A stretch of 31,197 nt of DNA from a virus. Its lineage: Duplodnaviria > Caudoviricetes. A program made the translations under genes and the position numbers. Positions 16,533 to 25,535 of the stretch are shown here, in pieces. The notes under the pieces are model-generated. The model searched no databases. It was not told the DNA's origin and saw nothing but the letters and a program-made list of their open reading frames with translations. Numbering within the stretch: the stretch's first letter is position 1; the number at the start of each line of letters is the position of its first letter. The stretch lies in the IMG/VR virus record IMGVR_UViG_3300028557_000132, positions 1-31,197 of that record. One strand, 5' to 3'.

Positions 16533-18249
16533 TAGGTCGTCTTATTTTGGGCTCAATTATAGGTGTGGCAATCGGCTGTATTGATTGGAAATCGTCAACC
16601 TCTTTGTAAGTGGCGGTAACTTTGTCATGCGTAAAGTTCACCACGCCTTGTTGGCCGAGTATACCCTCAAATTTAACCTTCCAAATATGTACATCAACTA
16701 TGCCAGTATCAAAGTTACGGTACACGGTTATACCCATGTCAGCCTTGTTGTAAAAGTGTGCGCTGTCTGAAACATTGTACCCTGTTGGCACTTTGTATGT
16801 ACCGTTGTCGTTCTTTTGCATCTTGGTAGGGTGTGCCACTAGAAACACCGCACAATCTAGTTTGCTGTTAAATAGCTTCAGCTTGGTTAGGGCTTTGCTA
16901 ATGTACTGCTTTTCGTTTATGCCATTTGGGATCTGATGATCTACCGTATTCCACGGGTCAATTATCAAACAGTTAACGCCCTTTTGAACTACCAACTGTT
17001 TGCCAATGTCTAGTATATTTTCAAGCCCAAAGTCGTCATTGTCGGGCATGATAAAAAATATGCGTTCATTAAGCCATGCCACTGTATCCAGTAGTTCCGT
17101 TTCCGTCATTCTGCCATGCCCGAAAAAAGCCTTTTCGTTTAACATACGGGCAAGCCTTTGTAGGTGTAATTGTGGGGGGTGTTCGGGTGAATATACGGCA
17201 AACTTCCAATTGCTATACTCCATTAGCCTACATACTATTTGGTCTAAAAAGGTACTTTTACCGTGTGAGGGTATTCCTGTAACCATGTACAACATCGGAA
17301 CCCATCTAATGAACTTGTCTAGTGTCGGGAAGTTAACCCCGTTGCCGCTGTCAAAGCCGTTGCGATAAATATCCAATAATTGGTCTTTAAAATTGTTGAC
17401 CGTTTGCGCCCCCTCAATTGGATATGGCTTTGCGTTTGTTATAGCGTTTCTAAGGAACTCAATTCCCTCTACCTTACCTAGTGTGGTTAATACCTCGTTA
17501 GCGTCTTTAAAGTCGCCCAAATCAATTATAAAACACTTTTCACGCCCTACCCTTCGGCTCAATTCTTTTTGAAGGTGTTGCCCTGCTGGGTCGTTGTCAA
17601 TGCTTAGGTAAATGTCCTTTACCCCTAACAACACATCAATGTCGTTGTCTATGTACTCAAATTTAGTATCGGAGTATTCAGCGTTGGGGGGTAGTGCTCC
17701 ATCGGGTACGGATATGCCGTAATTAAACCCTGCTTCCTCCCAACTAAGCGCATCCCATTCACCCTCGCAAATAATAGCCGTATCCTTTACATCGTCAATT
17801 TTGTAAAAGTGTTTTGAGCCGCCCTTTACTTGGGTGAACTTTTTATTTGCGGTTCTAAATTTAGTGTTCGTGTGTTGACCGCCTTTGAAGTAATTGAACC
17901 AAATGCAGTTCATTTCTTTTTGCTCACTTGGTATGTACCGTAAACCCTCGGTTATCTTGTTACGTTTGATGGTGGTGGTGCTTATGTGGCGACTCTGAAA
18001 ATAAGCAAACATCTTTTCGCTTAACTCGGTAGTGTTTAGCTTAGGCATTTCCACCACTACCACCTCTTTAGGTTGGAACTTGTTTTTTGTGCCGCCAGTA
18101 CCGCAATGATGGCACTTGTACAATCCACGGTCTAAATCCACGCTTAAACACTTATCCGTCTTTTTCTTACGGGTGTGGCTGCATTCGGGGCAAGTAGTTT
18201 GTATAGTGCCTGTGGTGCGGTTTCCTAACTTAATATCCTTCCATTCCAT
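16489..18249 (-). CDS. Bifunctional primase-helicase (T7 gp4/Twinkle-like)
   Basis: Zn domain CPEC...CHHC, TOPRIM ICEGEWDALS / DNDPAG / KDANE, SF4 helicase VTGIPSHGKS, IIDPWN, LVAHPTK, KVKF. Confidence 0.93.
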   Translation of the reverse strand: MEWKDIKLGNRTTGTIQTTCPECSHTRKKKTDKCLSVDLDRGLYKCHHCGTGGTKNKFQPKEVVVVEMPKLNTTELSEKMFAYFQSRHISTTTIKRNKITEGLRYIPSEQKEMNCIWFNYFKGGQHTNTKFRTANKKFTQVKGGSKHFYKIDDVKDTAIICEGEWDALSWEEAGFNYGISVPDGALPPNAEYSDTKFEYIDNDIDVLLGVKDIYLSIDNDPAGQHLQKELSRRVGREKCFIIDLGDFKDANEVLTTLGKVEGIEFLRNAITNAKPYPIEGAQTVNNFKDQLLDIYRNGFDSGNGVNFPTLDKFIRWVPMLYMVTGIPSHGKSTFLDQIVCRLMEYSNWKFAVYSPEHPPQLHLQRLARMLNEKAFFGHGRMTETELLDTVAWLNERIFFIMPDNDDFGLENILDIGKQLVVQKGVNCLIIDPWNTVDHQIPNGINEKQYISKALTKLKLFNSKLDCAVFLVAHPTKMQKNDNGTYKVPTGYNVSDSAHFYNKADMGITVYRNFDTGIVDVHIWKVKFEGILGQQGVVNFTHDKVTATYKEVDDFQSIQPIATPIIEPKIRRPNDEEFENIGSDIPF

Positions 18250-18250
18250 G

Positions 18251-19060
18251 TTATCCTAATTTGCTTACGTCAAATCCGTAGTGGTTCAATATTGGTTTCT
18301 TTTCGGTTGTGGTTTCAATATCCACTGTAAACGGGTTTGCGGATTCAACTACAATCATGCGCTTTATGCTTTCAATAACTTGTGTTGAGCCTTTGCACTT
18401 TGCTATTAATGTTTTAAGGGCTTGTGCTTCGCTTATGTCGCTGGTAAATTGTTTGTTGTGCGCTTTGTAACGAACCGCTATCCATGTGTCCCATAATTCG
18501 GCTATCTCGTTTAACGTGGCTTTACCGTTTGGGTGCTTTAATATTTTTTCGGTAAAGTCAGGCATAAAAGGTATATCCCATTCCCTTTTTAAATTTGACT
18601 TTTCAAAAATAGGGTGCGCTTTTTCTCTTTCTAGTTTGTTGTTTGTTGTTTGTTGTTTATATAATGTATCACTTAGTGTTGCAGTTAGTTCATCACTTAC
18701 TACATCACCTAGTGTGTTAGTTAGTGTGTTAGTTAGTTCATCACTTACTATGTCATTTTGTGATATACTAATTATGGTAGCTTGATGATGGTTTGGGCTT
18801 TTCCTTACCACGGAAATAAAACCGTGCAATACCAATTTATCAAATGCCTTTTTGTAGGTGTTGTAATGCGATATGCTCAATACTTCCATAGCGGTACTAG
18901 CTGCAAACGAAAACTTGCTTTTCCAGCCGTTACGGTTAGCGCAGTCCATTACCCAAAAGTATAAAGCGTGGTCAGTAGTATTAAATACTTCGGGGTTATT
19001 AAAGGCAAAATTAAACCATGCCTTTGTTAGCGTGTAGCCGTTAAGTTTTTCACTAGCCAT
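18251..19060 (-). CDS. Putative replication initiator (lambda O / DnaD-like)
   Basis: N-terminal wHTH-like region (HALYFWVMDCANRNGW...YKKAFDKLVLHGFI), repetitive linker, directly upstream of the helicase. Start set at ATG 19060. Confidence 0.7.
   Translation of the reverse strand: MASEKLNGYTLTKAWFNFAFNNPEVFNTTDHALYFWVMDCANRNGWKSKFSFAASTAMEVLSISHYNTYKKAFDKLVLHGFISVVRKSPNHHQATIISISQNDIVSDELTNTLTNTLGDVVSDELTATLSDTLYKQQTTNNKLEREKAHPIFEKSNLKREWDIPFMPDFTEKILKHPNGKATLNEIAELWDTWIAVRYKAHNKQFTSDISEAQALKTLIAKCKGSTQVIESIKRMIVVESANPFTVDIETTTEKKPILNHYGFDVSKLG
18634..18750. repeat. Iteron-like repeats plus strand-biased tract (putative replication origin)
   Basis: Exact 20-mer agttagttcatcacttacta at 18683-18702 and 18731-18750; tagtgtgttagt x2 at 18710-18733; (gtttgtt)x3 at 18634-18654. 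Confidence 0.65.
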
Positions 19061-19071
19061 ATAAAATAAAA

Positions 19072-19167
19072 ATACCCTTGCGCTTTCGGATACTGCCATA
19101 TCCTACGGCTACAAGGGTATATAAAAATGTCTTAGATACTTCGGTTGCGTTTTGGCAGTCGTCAACC
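19072..19167 (-). ncRNA. Candidate structured cis-regulatory leader (two hairpins with complementary loops)
   Basis: GGTTGaCG-[ACTGCCAAAA]-CGCAACC and ATACCCTTG..GGATA-[TGGCAG]-TATCC..CAAGGGTAT; loops CTGCCA and TGGCAG are complementary. Confidence 0.55.
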
Positions 19168-19186
19168 TTAGTTTATTATCGTACCG

Positions 19187-19217
19187 CTAAATTACACTTT
19201 ACTTTTCACTTGTGCAA
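19187..19217 (-). promoter_or_regulatory. Putative promoter for the replication operon (TTG-N20-TAATTTAG)
   Basis: ctaaatta 19187-19194, caa 19215-19217; one mismatch to TAnnTTTG. Confidence 0.45.
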
Positions 19218-19313
19218 GTTTTTCGGTTAATTTGTTGCTTTGCTATGTAGCTTCCAACACGCCAGCCAATAGCACATAAGCCAATTATTGCCAGCGCAAT
19301 TAAATACTTCATG

Positions 19314-19541
19314 CTATTTGTTTTTACGGTGAATAATTCCAGCGGTGTCAATGTCAATTCCACGTGTGGAAATTACAAAGTCCGCATCTTGTTTGAGATA
19401 GATAGTGTCGCCTTTGATGGTGAACATATCCGTTACTTGTGTTGGTATTGTTTCGGGGCAAATGTGACGTTTAGTATATAAATATACACCAATAAATAAT
19501 ACCATTAAATAACATACACTAAATCCTAAAAATTTACCCAT
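19314..19541 (-). CDS. Hypothetical membrane protein
   Basis: N-terminal TM segment. Confidence 0.5.
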   Translation of the reverse strand: MGKFLGFSVCYLMVLFIGVYLYTKRHICPETIPTQVTDMFTIKGDTIYLKQDADFVISTRGIDIDTAGIIHRKNK

Positions 19542-19544
19542 AAC

Positions 19545-19823
19545 TCAATCGTTTATACGGTTATCGAATTTACTTCTGCGCAACTCAAAGAACCCATCAA
19601 GTGATGGAAGGTCTTTTATCGCTTGTCTTGCAAACATCGGGGTAACATTGTTGTTAATTTTGAATTTGCCGCCATTTTCGGCAACGCTGGTGAAGTATCT
19701 TACTACTTCAAGGATTGCCTTAGCCGAATAGCGTTTAAAGCCTTTAGAGTGCATTTCTATCGCTATTTTTAAAAAGCGAGGGTAAACAGTGGGGTTTTGC
19801 TCGTGATATTCTTGGAAGTTCAT
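19545..19823 (-). CDS. Conserved phage hypothetical protein
   Basis: F-x-x-YH-x-x-NP-x-VY, YSAKAILEVVR, FKINNN, FFELR pattern typical of phage early genes. Confidence 0.7.
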   Translation of the reverse strand: MNFQEYHEQNPTVYPRFLKIAIEMHSKGFKRYSAKAILEVVRYFTSVAENGGKFKINNNVTPMFARQAIKDLPSLDGFFELRRSKFDNRIND

Positions 19824-20122
19824 GGTTTAAAGTTTTGGTTAGTGCCAGCACATAGCCAGCTAAAGAATTTTGGGTTGTGGTTTAGGTTTTCGATTTCATT
19901 CATTGCGCTACGCTTATTGCCAAAAGGTGGTAACACTATTTTCGGTTTTACCCTCAACTCAATTACGGGTGCGTTATGGCATACAATACACTTGTGCGAC
20001 CTTATTACTCCATTCGCTTTGAAATAGTATTGACCACGTTTTTTATCTTCGTTGCATTGTAAGCACTTGATAATTTTGGGGTATCGCTTTATGCGTTGCG
20101 TTCTAATCGTTGCGGCTTTCAT
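19820..20122 (-). CDS. Zn-finger protein
   Basis: CLQC...YY...CIVC. Confidence 0.55.
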   Translation of the reverse strand: MKAATIRTQRIKRYPKIIKCLQCNEDKKRGQYYFKANGVIRSHKCIVCHNAPVIELRVKPKIVLPPFGNKRSAMNEIENLNHNPKFFSWLCAGTNQNFKP

Positions 20123-20453
20123 TCTTATACACTCTCCTACTTTCTATTTTGTCAATTAACGCCTGTCTTTGTTCTTTAGTCGGGTTCATTGGATGGCCTT
20201 TTGGAAATGTGCGAGTTTTGACTATTTCCAGTAAAACTTGTTTCCTTTCGGGTTTCGGTTCTTTAGCCTTTGCCCTGCTTTCGTACAACCTTGATTTTGT
20301 GTATAATTTGTAACAACCTTTGCAGATATACCTAGTTATTATTCCGTTGTTTTTGTAATAAAAGTTATCGGGGTTTTTGGCAAAAGGCAATTTACATTTA
20401 TTGCACAAACACGTTTGACCTTCGGGTATTAACCTTTGCAAGTGTTTAGCCAT
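20103..20453 (-). CDS. Zn-finger protein
   Basis: CNKC...NFYY...CKGC. Start set at MAKHLQ (20453). Confidence 0.55.
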   Translation of the reverse strand: MAKHLQRLIPEGQTCLCNKCKLPFAKNPDNFYYKNNGIITRYICKGCYKLYTKSRLYESRAKAKEPKPERKQVLLEIVKTRTFPKGHPMNPTKEQRQALIDKIESRRVYKNESRND

Positions 20454-20685
20454 GATTGATTTTCCTTTGCGGTACGTAATCGGGTGTACCGTATATCGGC
20501 TTAACTTTTGGCAATACCGTTTTATCTGCAATTTTAGGGCTTAATGGATGTCCGTTGGGTATCACTTTAGCCGTTGCCCTGTTGCGTTCCCTAATGGCTT
20601 CTAAATTGGCTCGTTGCCGTGCTGCCTTTTCGCTTATGTCTTTGCAGCGTTTAGCGTTGTATTCTTGTTTCTGTTCGGGTGTCAT
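20446..20685 (-). CDS. Hypothetical protein
   Basis: TAATG overlap with the MTase. Confidence 0.55.
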   Translation of the reverse strand: MTPEQKQEYNAKRCKDISEKAARQRANLEAIRERNRATAKVIPNGHPLSPKIADKTVLPKVKPIYGTPDYVPQRKINHG

Positions 20686-21365
20686 TAGTCGATGGTTAGT
20701 TGAATGTTAGTTAATTGTTTTGGAGTAAATAGTTTGGGGTGCGCCTGTACGTGTTCTTTAAAACGCTTAATTGCGGCTTCGTAATAATCCTTATCAAGTT
20801 CGCAACCTACAAAGTCAAACCCCAACTCCCAGCACGCTATCATGATACTTCCGCTGCCTACGTGGGTGTCTAGTATGGTGTCGCCCTCTTTGGCATAGTT
20901 TTGGAGTAGCCATTTGTAAAGCGCAACTGGTTTTTGAGTGGGGTGGATGCGTTCGGTAAGGTTTGGGTTTTTATCAAACTTTTTTGCTGTTGATTTAAAA
21001 GATGTGTAAGCCATTTCGAATTGTGCAAACGATACTTTTTTATTAAATCCCTTATCCCACAATAGCCAGCAACTTGAATTTCTTGCCATATTTTCAATAA
21101 AATGATTTGCACCCCAAACAATTTGATTTTTCGAAATATTAAATAGCTGATTAAAATATAATATAGAGGGGGGTATTTTATCCCAGGTTTCGGGTTTATA
21201 ATTTGATGGCTTATCTCCTTTTCTCCTACCCATATTATGATTCACCCCAATCCCGTAAGGCGGGTCCACAATAGCCAACTCAAAGTGTTTATCTGAATAT
21301 CGTGCCATCAAGCACATGTTATCCTCGCAAGTAAATTCTATCCGTGGATTTTCGCTTAATATCAT
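20685..21365 (-). CDS. Orphan N4/N6 DNA methyltransferase (beta class)
   Basis: AIVDPPYG, HPTQKPVALYKWLL, ILDTHVGSGS, GCELDKDYY. Confidence 0.92.
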   Translation of the reverse strand: MILSENPRIEFTCEDNMCLMARYSDKHFELAIVDPPYGIGVNHNMGRRKGDKPSNYKPETWDKIPPSILYFNQLFNISKNQIVWGANHFIENMARNSSCWLLWDKGFNKKVSFAQFEMAYTSFKSTAKKFDKNPNLTERIHPTQKPVALYKWLLQNYAKEGDTILDTHVGSGSIMIACWELGFDFVGCELDKDYYEAAIKRFKEHVQAHPKLFTPKQLTNIQLTID

Positions 21366-21444
21366 AAAACAGCGTTTATAGAGTTAGCGGCATCAATAAC
21401 TAGCCACAGTATAACTATGGCTAGTATTATTTTTACAAGTCGTT

Positions 21445-21636
21445 TCATTGCTGGCTAGGTTTTGAGAAAATCATTAAACAATCGCCTGTTATTACGTAGT
21501 GTAGCGTACAATCTGGCATATTGTGTAACTCATGTAAAAGTTCGTAATTGCTTTTCTGAACGTGGTTAATTGAGCCAAACATATTGTCGTAATCAAGCAA
21601 TATGCTATACAATTCTGATGGTGTTGCTGTTTTCAT
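21445..21636 (-). CDS. Hypothetical protein
   Basis: First gene after a TAGCTTTG promoter. Confidence 0.5.
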   Translation of the reverse strand: MKTATPSELYSILLDYDNMFGSINHVQKSNYELLHELHNMPDCTLHYVITGDCLMIFSKPSQQ

Positions 21637-21673
21637 TTTTGGTTTGTTTATTGGTAACTGAATAACTATTTGA

Positions 21674-21736
21674 CAAAGCTAAGGTAAAAAACAATACAAA
21701 GTATCATTTCCTAAAAGTTTTTTAAAATTATTTTTA
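21674..21736 (-). promoter_or_regulatory. Early-type promoter (repeat family)
   Basis: -7 TAGCTTTG (21674-21681); shares aaaaaacaatacaaagtat with 24147-24165. Confidence 0.6.
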
Positions 21737-22066
21737 TCGGGCTATTCGATAAAAGATAAAACCCTTTGCCATTGCTTCGTTTGGGTGCGTTTCGGCTCGC
21801 ATATTGCAATTATGACAACTTGCTTTGAAGTATTTAGTATTACTTAATAGTTCACCAACTCGCCCGATTGAGTGGTGCAATTCCGTTGCCACGCCAGTAC
21901 ACCCTGTTAATTGCCCTTCGCACGTTGGATTGGCTGCTAGGTAGTCATTGCGTAGCTTAGTATATTCACGTTCCTGTTTTGCCCGTTTAGCTGAACGTGC
22001 TTTAATCGGTTTGGGTTTTGCTTTGGCTTTTGGTTCGGGCTTTGGTACTGGTCGGAACTCTCTCAT
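21734..22066 (-). CDS. HNH-like / NinG-like protein
   Basis: NPTCE...C...ATELHH..GR...SCHNC. Confidence 0.65.
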   Translation of the reverse strand: MREFRPVPKPEPKAKAKPKPIKARSAKRAKQEREYTKLRNDYLAANPTCEGQLTGCTGVATELHHSIGRVGELLSNTKYFKASCHNCNMRAETHPNEAMAKGFIFYRIAR

Positions 22067-22365
22067 AACAGGCTTTCAATATCCGTAAAAAATTGGCTTT
22101 TGTTCAGCACCGTGTAGCGTAGCACCTTCCAGCCTAGTAATTGCGCTGCATTATATTTCTCACAATCGTTTGTAAAGCCTGTTACACTTGTATGTCTTGA
22201 TTTGGTTGCGATTATGCCTTCAAATTCGATAAGCACGTTTAAGCTAGGTATTGCTATGTCTGCACGCCATTTACGAGTAGGGTGAAAGGTTGACTCTAAA
22301 ACGTAGTCAACTGATTTAGACTTTAGCCATAAGCAATAGAGTGCTATTTGTGGGCTTTGTTTCAT
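22063..22365 (-). CDS. PD-(D/E)xK-type small endonuclease (DUF559/Vsr-like)
   Basis: FHPTRKWRAD, LIEFEG, SRHT, DCEKYNAAQLLGWKVLRYT. Confidence 0.75.
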   Translation of the reverse strand: MKQSPQIALYCLWLKSKSVDYVLESTFHPTRKWRADIAIPSLNVLIEFEGIIATKSRHTSVTGFTNDCEKYNAAQLLGWKVLRYTVLNKSQFFTDIESLL

Positions 22366-22379
22366 ACTTTAAAGATACT

Positions 22380-22412
22380 AAAAAAGCCCCACACGTTAAT
22401 GTAGGGCTTTTT
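22380..22412. terminator. Bidirectional intrinsic terminator
   Basis: aaaaaagccc-cacacgttaatgta-gggctttttt-like inverted repeat flanked by A and T tracts. Confidence 0.7.
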
Positions 22413-22413
22413 G

Positions 22414-22626
22414 TTATTCGGGTTTATATTTGAGTAAAATATCCCTTATTTCACTTCTGTTATACCTGCGTTGTAAACCTAACCCATCTGTTATTTCTTG
22501 TGCTACAGTAAGCGCACACATATCACCAGTTCCGTCAAGGTACGCATTAATATAACCTTGTAGGCTAATAGCTAATTTTTTGTGCCCAATAAGGGCTAAA
22601 ATTTCATCAGTTGCTTGTTTTTTCAT
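22414..22626 (-). CDS. Hypothetical protein
   Basis: 70-aa ORF ending at the terminator. Confidence 0.55.
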   Translation of the reverse strand: MKKQATDEILALIGHKKLAISLQGYINAYLDGTGDMCALTVAQEITDGLGLQRRYNRSEIRDILLKYKPE

Positions 22627-22631
22627 GTCGT

Positions 22632-23078
22632 TTAGTTTTTGTCTTTAAAAATAGGTTCGTTAGGGTCGTGCACGTAAATATCCCACTCGGTTGCAGCGTG
22701 CTGCTGGATAGCGTTTTTAATGGTGTTAAATTCCTCTTTGCTTATTCCTTTGGGGCTGTTAGATAGGCTTATACGGGCTTTTAGCGTGGTATCTAGTACC
22801 GGGTTGTATTCCTCACGAAACATAAACAGGGTTTCTAGTAACGTGCGTAATTCTTGAACGCTTACCGCAATACCTTTGTTTGCAAATCCTGACTGTAAAT
22901 CCGAAATTACAACGCCAAAAAAGTATTTTCGTTGCTGGTGGCTAATGTTGTCCGTAACGGGTTCAATGGCTACCGTGTATAAACCATCTTTTAAGGCTTT
23001 TACTTGGCGGTCTAGGGCTACCCTGTTTAATTGGATAGCCCCGTTAACCACCTCGCACGGTATTTTAATACTTTTCAT
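22632..23078 (-). CDS. NinB/Orf-like recombination protein
   Basis: S-x-QQRKYFFGVV, ISKEEF...IQQHA...I...PNE. Confidence 0.6.
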   Translation of the reverse strand: MKSIKIPCEVVNGAIQLNRVALDRQVKALKDGLYTVAIEPVTDNISHQQRKYFFGVVISDLQSGFANKGIAVSVQELRTLLETLFMFREEYNPVLDTTLKARISLSNSPKGISKEEFNTIKNAIQQHAATEWDIYVHDPNEPIFKDKN

Positions 23079-23263
23079 TGGAACTGTTGCCCTTTGCTAC
23101 GCTTGTCGTATTCGTCTATGTACTTAAACGCTTCCGCTTGCGCTTCACGTTCCGCATCGGTTAGCGGTTCTACACGCTTTACTCTAAACGCTATGCTGTC
23201 TTGTGAATGCTTTGGCTCTTTATAGTCGGGCGGTAGGTTGCTGTCTTGGTGCTGGCTTATCAT
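23075..23263 (-). CDS. Hypothetical protein
   Basis: ATGA overlap with the ninB-like gene. Confidence 0.45.
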   Translation of the reverse strand: MISQHQDSNLPPDYKEPKHSQDSIAFRVKRVEPLTDAEREAQAEAFKYIDEYDKRSKGQQFQ

Positions 23264-23359
23264 GTTTTAGGTTTATTTGGCGGTTAGTAAATTCTTGTTC
23301 TTGTGAACGGGCTTTGTCAATCATCGCCCGTTCTTGTTGGATTTCGTATAGTTCTTTGC

Positions 23360-23956
23360 TCATGCTGACTGTTTTTTACACGCTTCAATAAAACGCTTAT
23401 CGGCTTTTACCTTTGCGGTTTGTTTGTTGAAGTATGCGGTAACTTGTTCACGACCTTCATAGTCAATTAGCCCTGCAATAGCCGTATCAATAGCATTAGC
23501 TAGTTCGTGGCTTTCTGCATCGGGGTCAACCATACCCTCGTAAGGGATAGTAAAGGTTTGCGTTAGTGCGTACTTGTGCGCTACTGCCATTGCTTTGTTG
23601 CTGGCTTTATCGCCGCTGTCCATACCTTCGCCACGGGCTTGTGTGCTTACGTTGCTACCGTCTTTGGCGTAAAACGTAAATTCCACGTCAATGATTGAGT
23701 AAATAACCTTACCACCGTTTTTGGTTTCCTTTTCCTCACGGATAGCGTTGATAATCTTACTAGTGGTAAATACTTCATGCTTAGCTAGTAACGGGTGTAG
23801 TGCGTTGTAAACGGCATCTACGCCCCGAAACATAAAGCCCTGCCCTGCGTTCTTTTGGTTCTTGCCGATAGGGTTAATGTCTTGCTGAATGGCTGCCAGC
23901 TTTTCAAATATCAAACTCATGTTTGGTTGTTTAGTGGTTAAATTATCTTGTTCCAT
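23360..23956 (-). CDS. erf: ERF-family single-strand annealing protein
   Basis: IGKNQKN..QGFMFRGVDAV, GEGMDSGDKASNKAMAVAHKYAL, DPD. Confidence 0.9.
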   Translation of the reverse strand: MEQDNLTTKQPNMSLIFEKLAAIQQDINPIGKNQKNAGQGFMFRGVDAVYNALHPLLAKHEVFTTSKIINAIREEKETKNGGKVIYSIIDVEFTFYAKDGSNVSTQARGEGMDSGDKASNKAMAVAHKYALTQTFTIPYEGMVDPDAESHELANAIDTAIAGLIDYEGREQVTAYFNKQTAKVKADKRFIEACKKQSA

Positions 23957-24104
23957 CTTTATGACCGTCTTTGTATCTTAGGCTGCCGTACTCAATAATC
24001 AAATCGGCTAAGGCTACTTTGTCTAGGTTGTCTGAATATATCAACTTAGATATTTCGCTAAATTTGTCGGTTGCTAGTTTAAAATAGGGGGTTTCGTTTT
24101 CCAT
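23943..24104 (-). CDS. Small hypothetical protein (53 aa)
   Basis: Read manually: MENETPYFKLATDKF...; first gene after the repeat promoter. Confidence 0.5.
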   Translation of the reverse strand: MENETPYFKLATDKFSEISKLIYSDNLDKVALADLIIEYGSLRYKDGHKDGTR

Positions 24105-24198
24105 TGTGGTTTGGTTTACTGGTTAAGTGTGAAACAAAGATAAGGCAAAAAACAATACAAAGTATGTATTTCCAAAAATAATTTTAAACTATTTTTAG
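24102..24198 (-). promoter_or_regulatory. Early-type promoter and leader (repeat family)
   Basis: -7 TATCTTTG (24135-24142); 24102-24142 is 38/41 identical to 26495-26535; aaactatttttag at 24186-24198. Confidence 0.7.
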
Positions 24199-24554
24199 AA
24201 GGGCAATTTGTCGTCAAAATCTCCTGCTGGCGCATCGTAACTCGCTGCCGTGTCATTGGTTTGCTGACTGCCCTCAATACGCCATGCGTCAAGGTTTGTA
24301 AAGTAGCTTACTTTGCCTTCCTTTTCCCATTTGTTACCACGAATGTTAAAATGTACCGTAACCGTGTCCGCTGTCTTGTAACGGTTCAGCACATCGCATT
24401 TATCGTTAGTGGTTTGAAACTTTACGTAGTCGGTAACGCTGCGGTCCCCAACTTGCTTAACGGTTTCGAGCACAAACTCACGGCTCTTAAATTTCTCTGT
24501 CTTTTGTTGGGTGGCGAATATCTCAAAGAGTTTACCCGTTAGTTCAAAATTCAT
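24195..24554 (-). CDS. DUF3127 OB-fold protein (putative SSB)
   Basis: FKSREFVL, V-x-VHFNIRGNKW, YFTNLDAWRI, acidic DDKLPF tail. Confidence 0.85.
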   Translation of the reverse strand: MNFELTGKLFEIFATQQKTEKFKSREFVLETVKQVGDRSVTDYVKFQTTNDKCDVLNRYKTADTVTVHFNIRGNKWEKEGKVSYFTNLDAWRIEGSQQTNDTAASYDAPAGDFDDKLPF

Positions 24555-24656
24555 ATTAATATTGGGTTTTTACAAGTAAATAAATAGCAAAAAGAATAAA
24601 CAGATAAAACAAGCCTAAGGCTAAATCCATCGCTTTAAAAGGTCGTTTGAACATGG

Positions 24657-25112
24657 TTAGTTTTTTAGTAGTTCGGGGTTATCGAATATGTTGCCTAATA
24701 CTTCAGAGTTAGTTAAATAGTCGTTGCTAATTGCAAAGTCGTAATCTTCGCCCTCGTATTCAATTTCCCAATTTATCGGTGAATAAGCATTAGGCATATA
24801 CGTTAGTGCAAAACCACCGTTAATGTAAACTACTTGCAGGATTGTGTTAGTTGGGATATACTTTATTATACTACCCTCCCAAATTCTAACCCCGTTCTTA
24901 TCGGTTAAGCCTGTGAATTCGCAAACGGTTTCGGGGTCTACTGTTACATCGTTTGTGTAATCGAATATGTCCCAGCCGTTTTTTTCGGTTTCTTTTGCGT
25001 AGGATTCATTATCAAAAGTGTGAATTTCACAAATACCGCCCGTTTGCTTTAGGCTACCTTCAACCCATTGGCTTTCTCCTAGCCTTTTGGCTTTAAAAAT
25101 TATTTCACGCAT
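24657..25112 (-). CDS. YopX-family protein
   Basis: MREIIFKAK..WVEGSL, VDPETVCEFTGLTDKNG.IWEG, EVLGNIFDNPELL. Confidence 0.9.
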   Translation of the reverse strand: MREIIFKAKRLGESQWVEGSLKQTGGICEIHTFDNESYAKETEKNGWDIFDYTNDVTVDPETVCEFTGLTDKNGVRIWEGSIIKYIPTNTILQVVYINGGFALTYMPNAYSPINWEIEYEGEDYDFAISNDYLTNSEVLGNIFDNPELLKN

Positions 25113-25507
25113 TTCAAACAAAATTGTGCAAGCCTGTAAACACTTGCTGGTTCGTAATAGATAGTTAGTTTCGGTCTTCCTGCACCCCGTTTCGTTTCAG
25201 TTGGTACTTTCTCCGATGTGGTGGTAATCTCGAAGCCGTTGCGTTGCGCCCAACACTTTGTTTCAATAAAGTTATCTACGGTGTTCTTTTTGCCTGTTAG
25301 CCTTGCCCACAATTCAACCGCTTCACTAACGGTTATCTTTTCGCCTGTGGCGTGGTAATCACCATGCAAACCTATCAATTCAATCTGAAGGTCTGTATAA
25401 TTACAAGCCATTGCATTAGCTATCCATGCAAAACCCGTTTCGGGGTCTTTGTCCTTTAAAAAATTGGCTCTTATTAGTGCCTTGTGTATTTGTGTTTCTA
25501 TGCTCAT
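25100..25507 (-). CDS. Hypothetical protein, possibly DNA-binding
   Basis: 135 aa with KRGAGRPK. Confidence 0.55.
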   Translation of the reverse strand: MSIETQIHKALIRANFLKDKDPETGFAWIANAMACNYTDLQIELIGLHGDYHATGEKITVSEAVELWARLTGKKNTVDNFIETKCWAQRNGFEITTTSEKVPTETKRGAGRPKLTIYYEPASVYRLAQFCLKCVK

Positions 25508-25535
25508 TCTTTTAGGGTTATTTGTTAAAATTATA

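Noticed and set aside
20870-21121. Alternative same-strand ORFs (20870-21121, 27776-27988) and extended starts (6639, 7837, 19099, 20531, 30589, 30825)
   Set aside because: They are nested in better ORFs or run through terminators or upstream genes; downstream ATGs give canonical overlaps.
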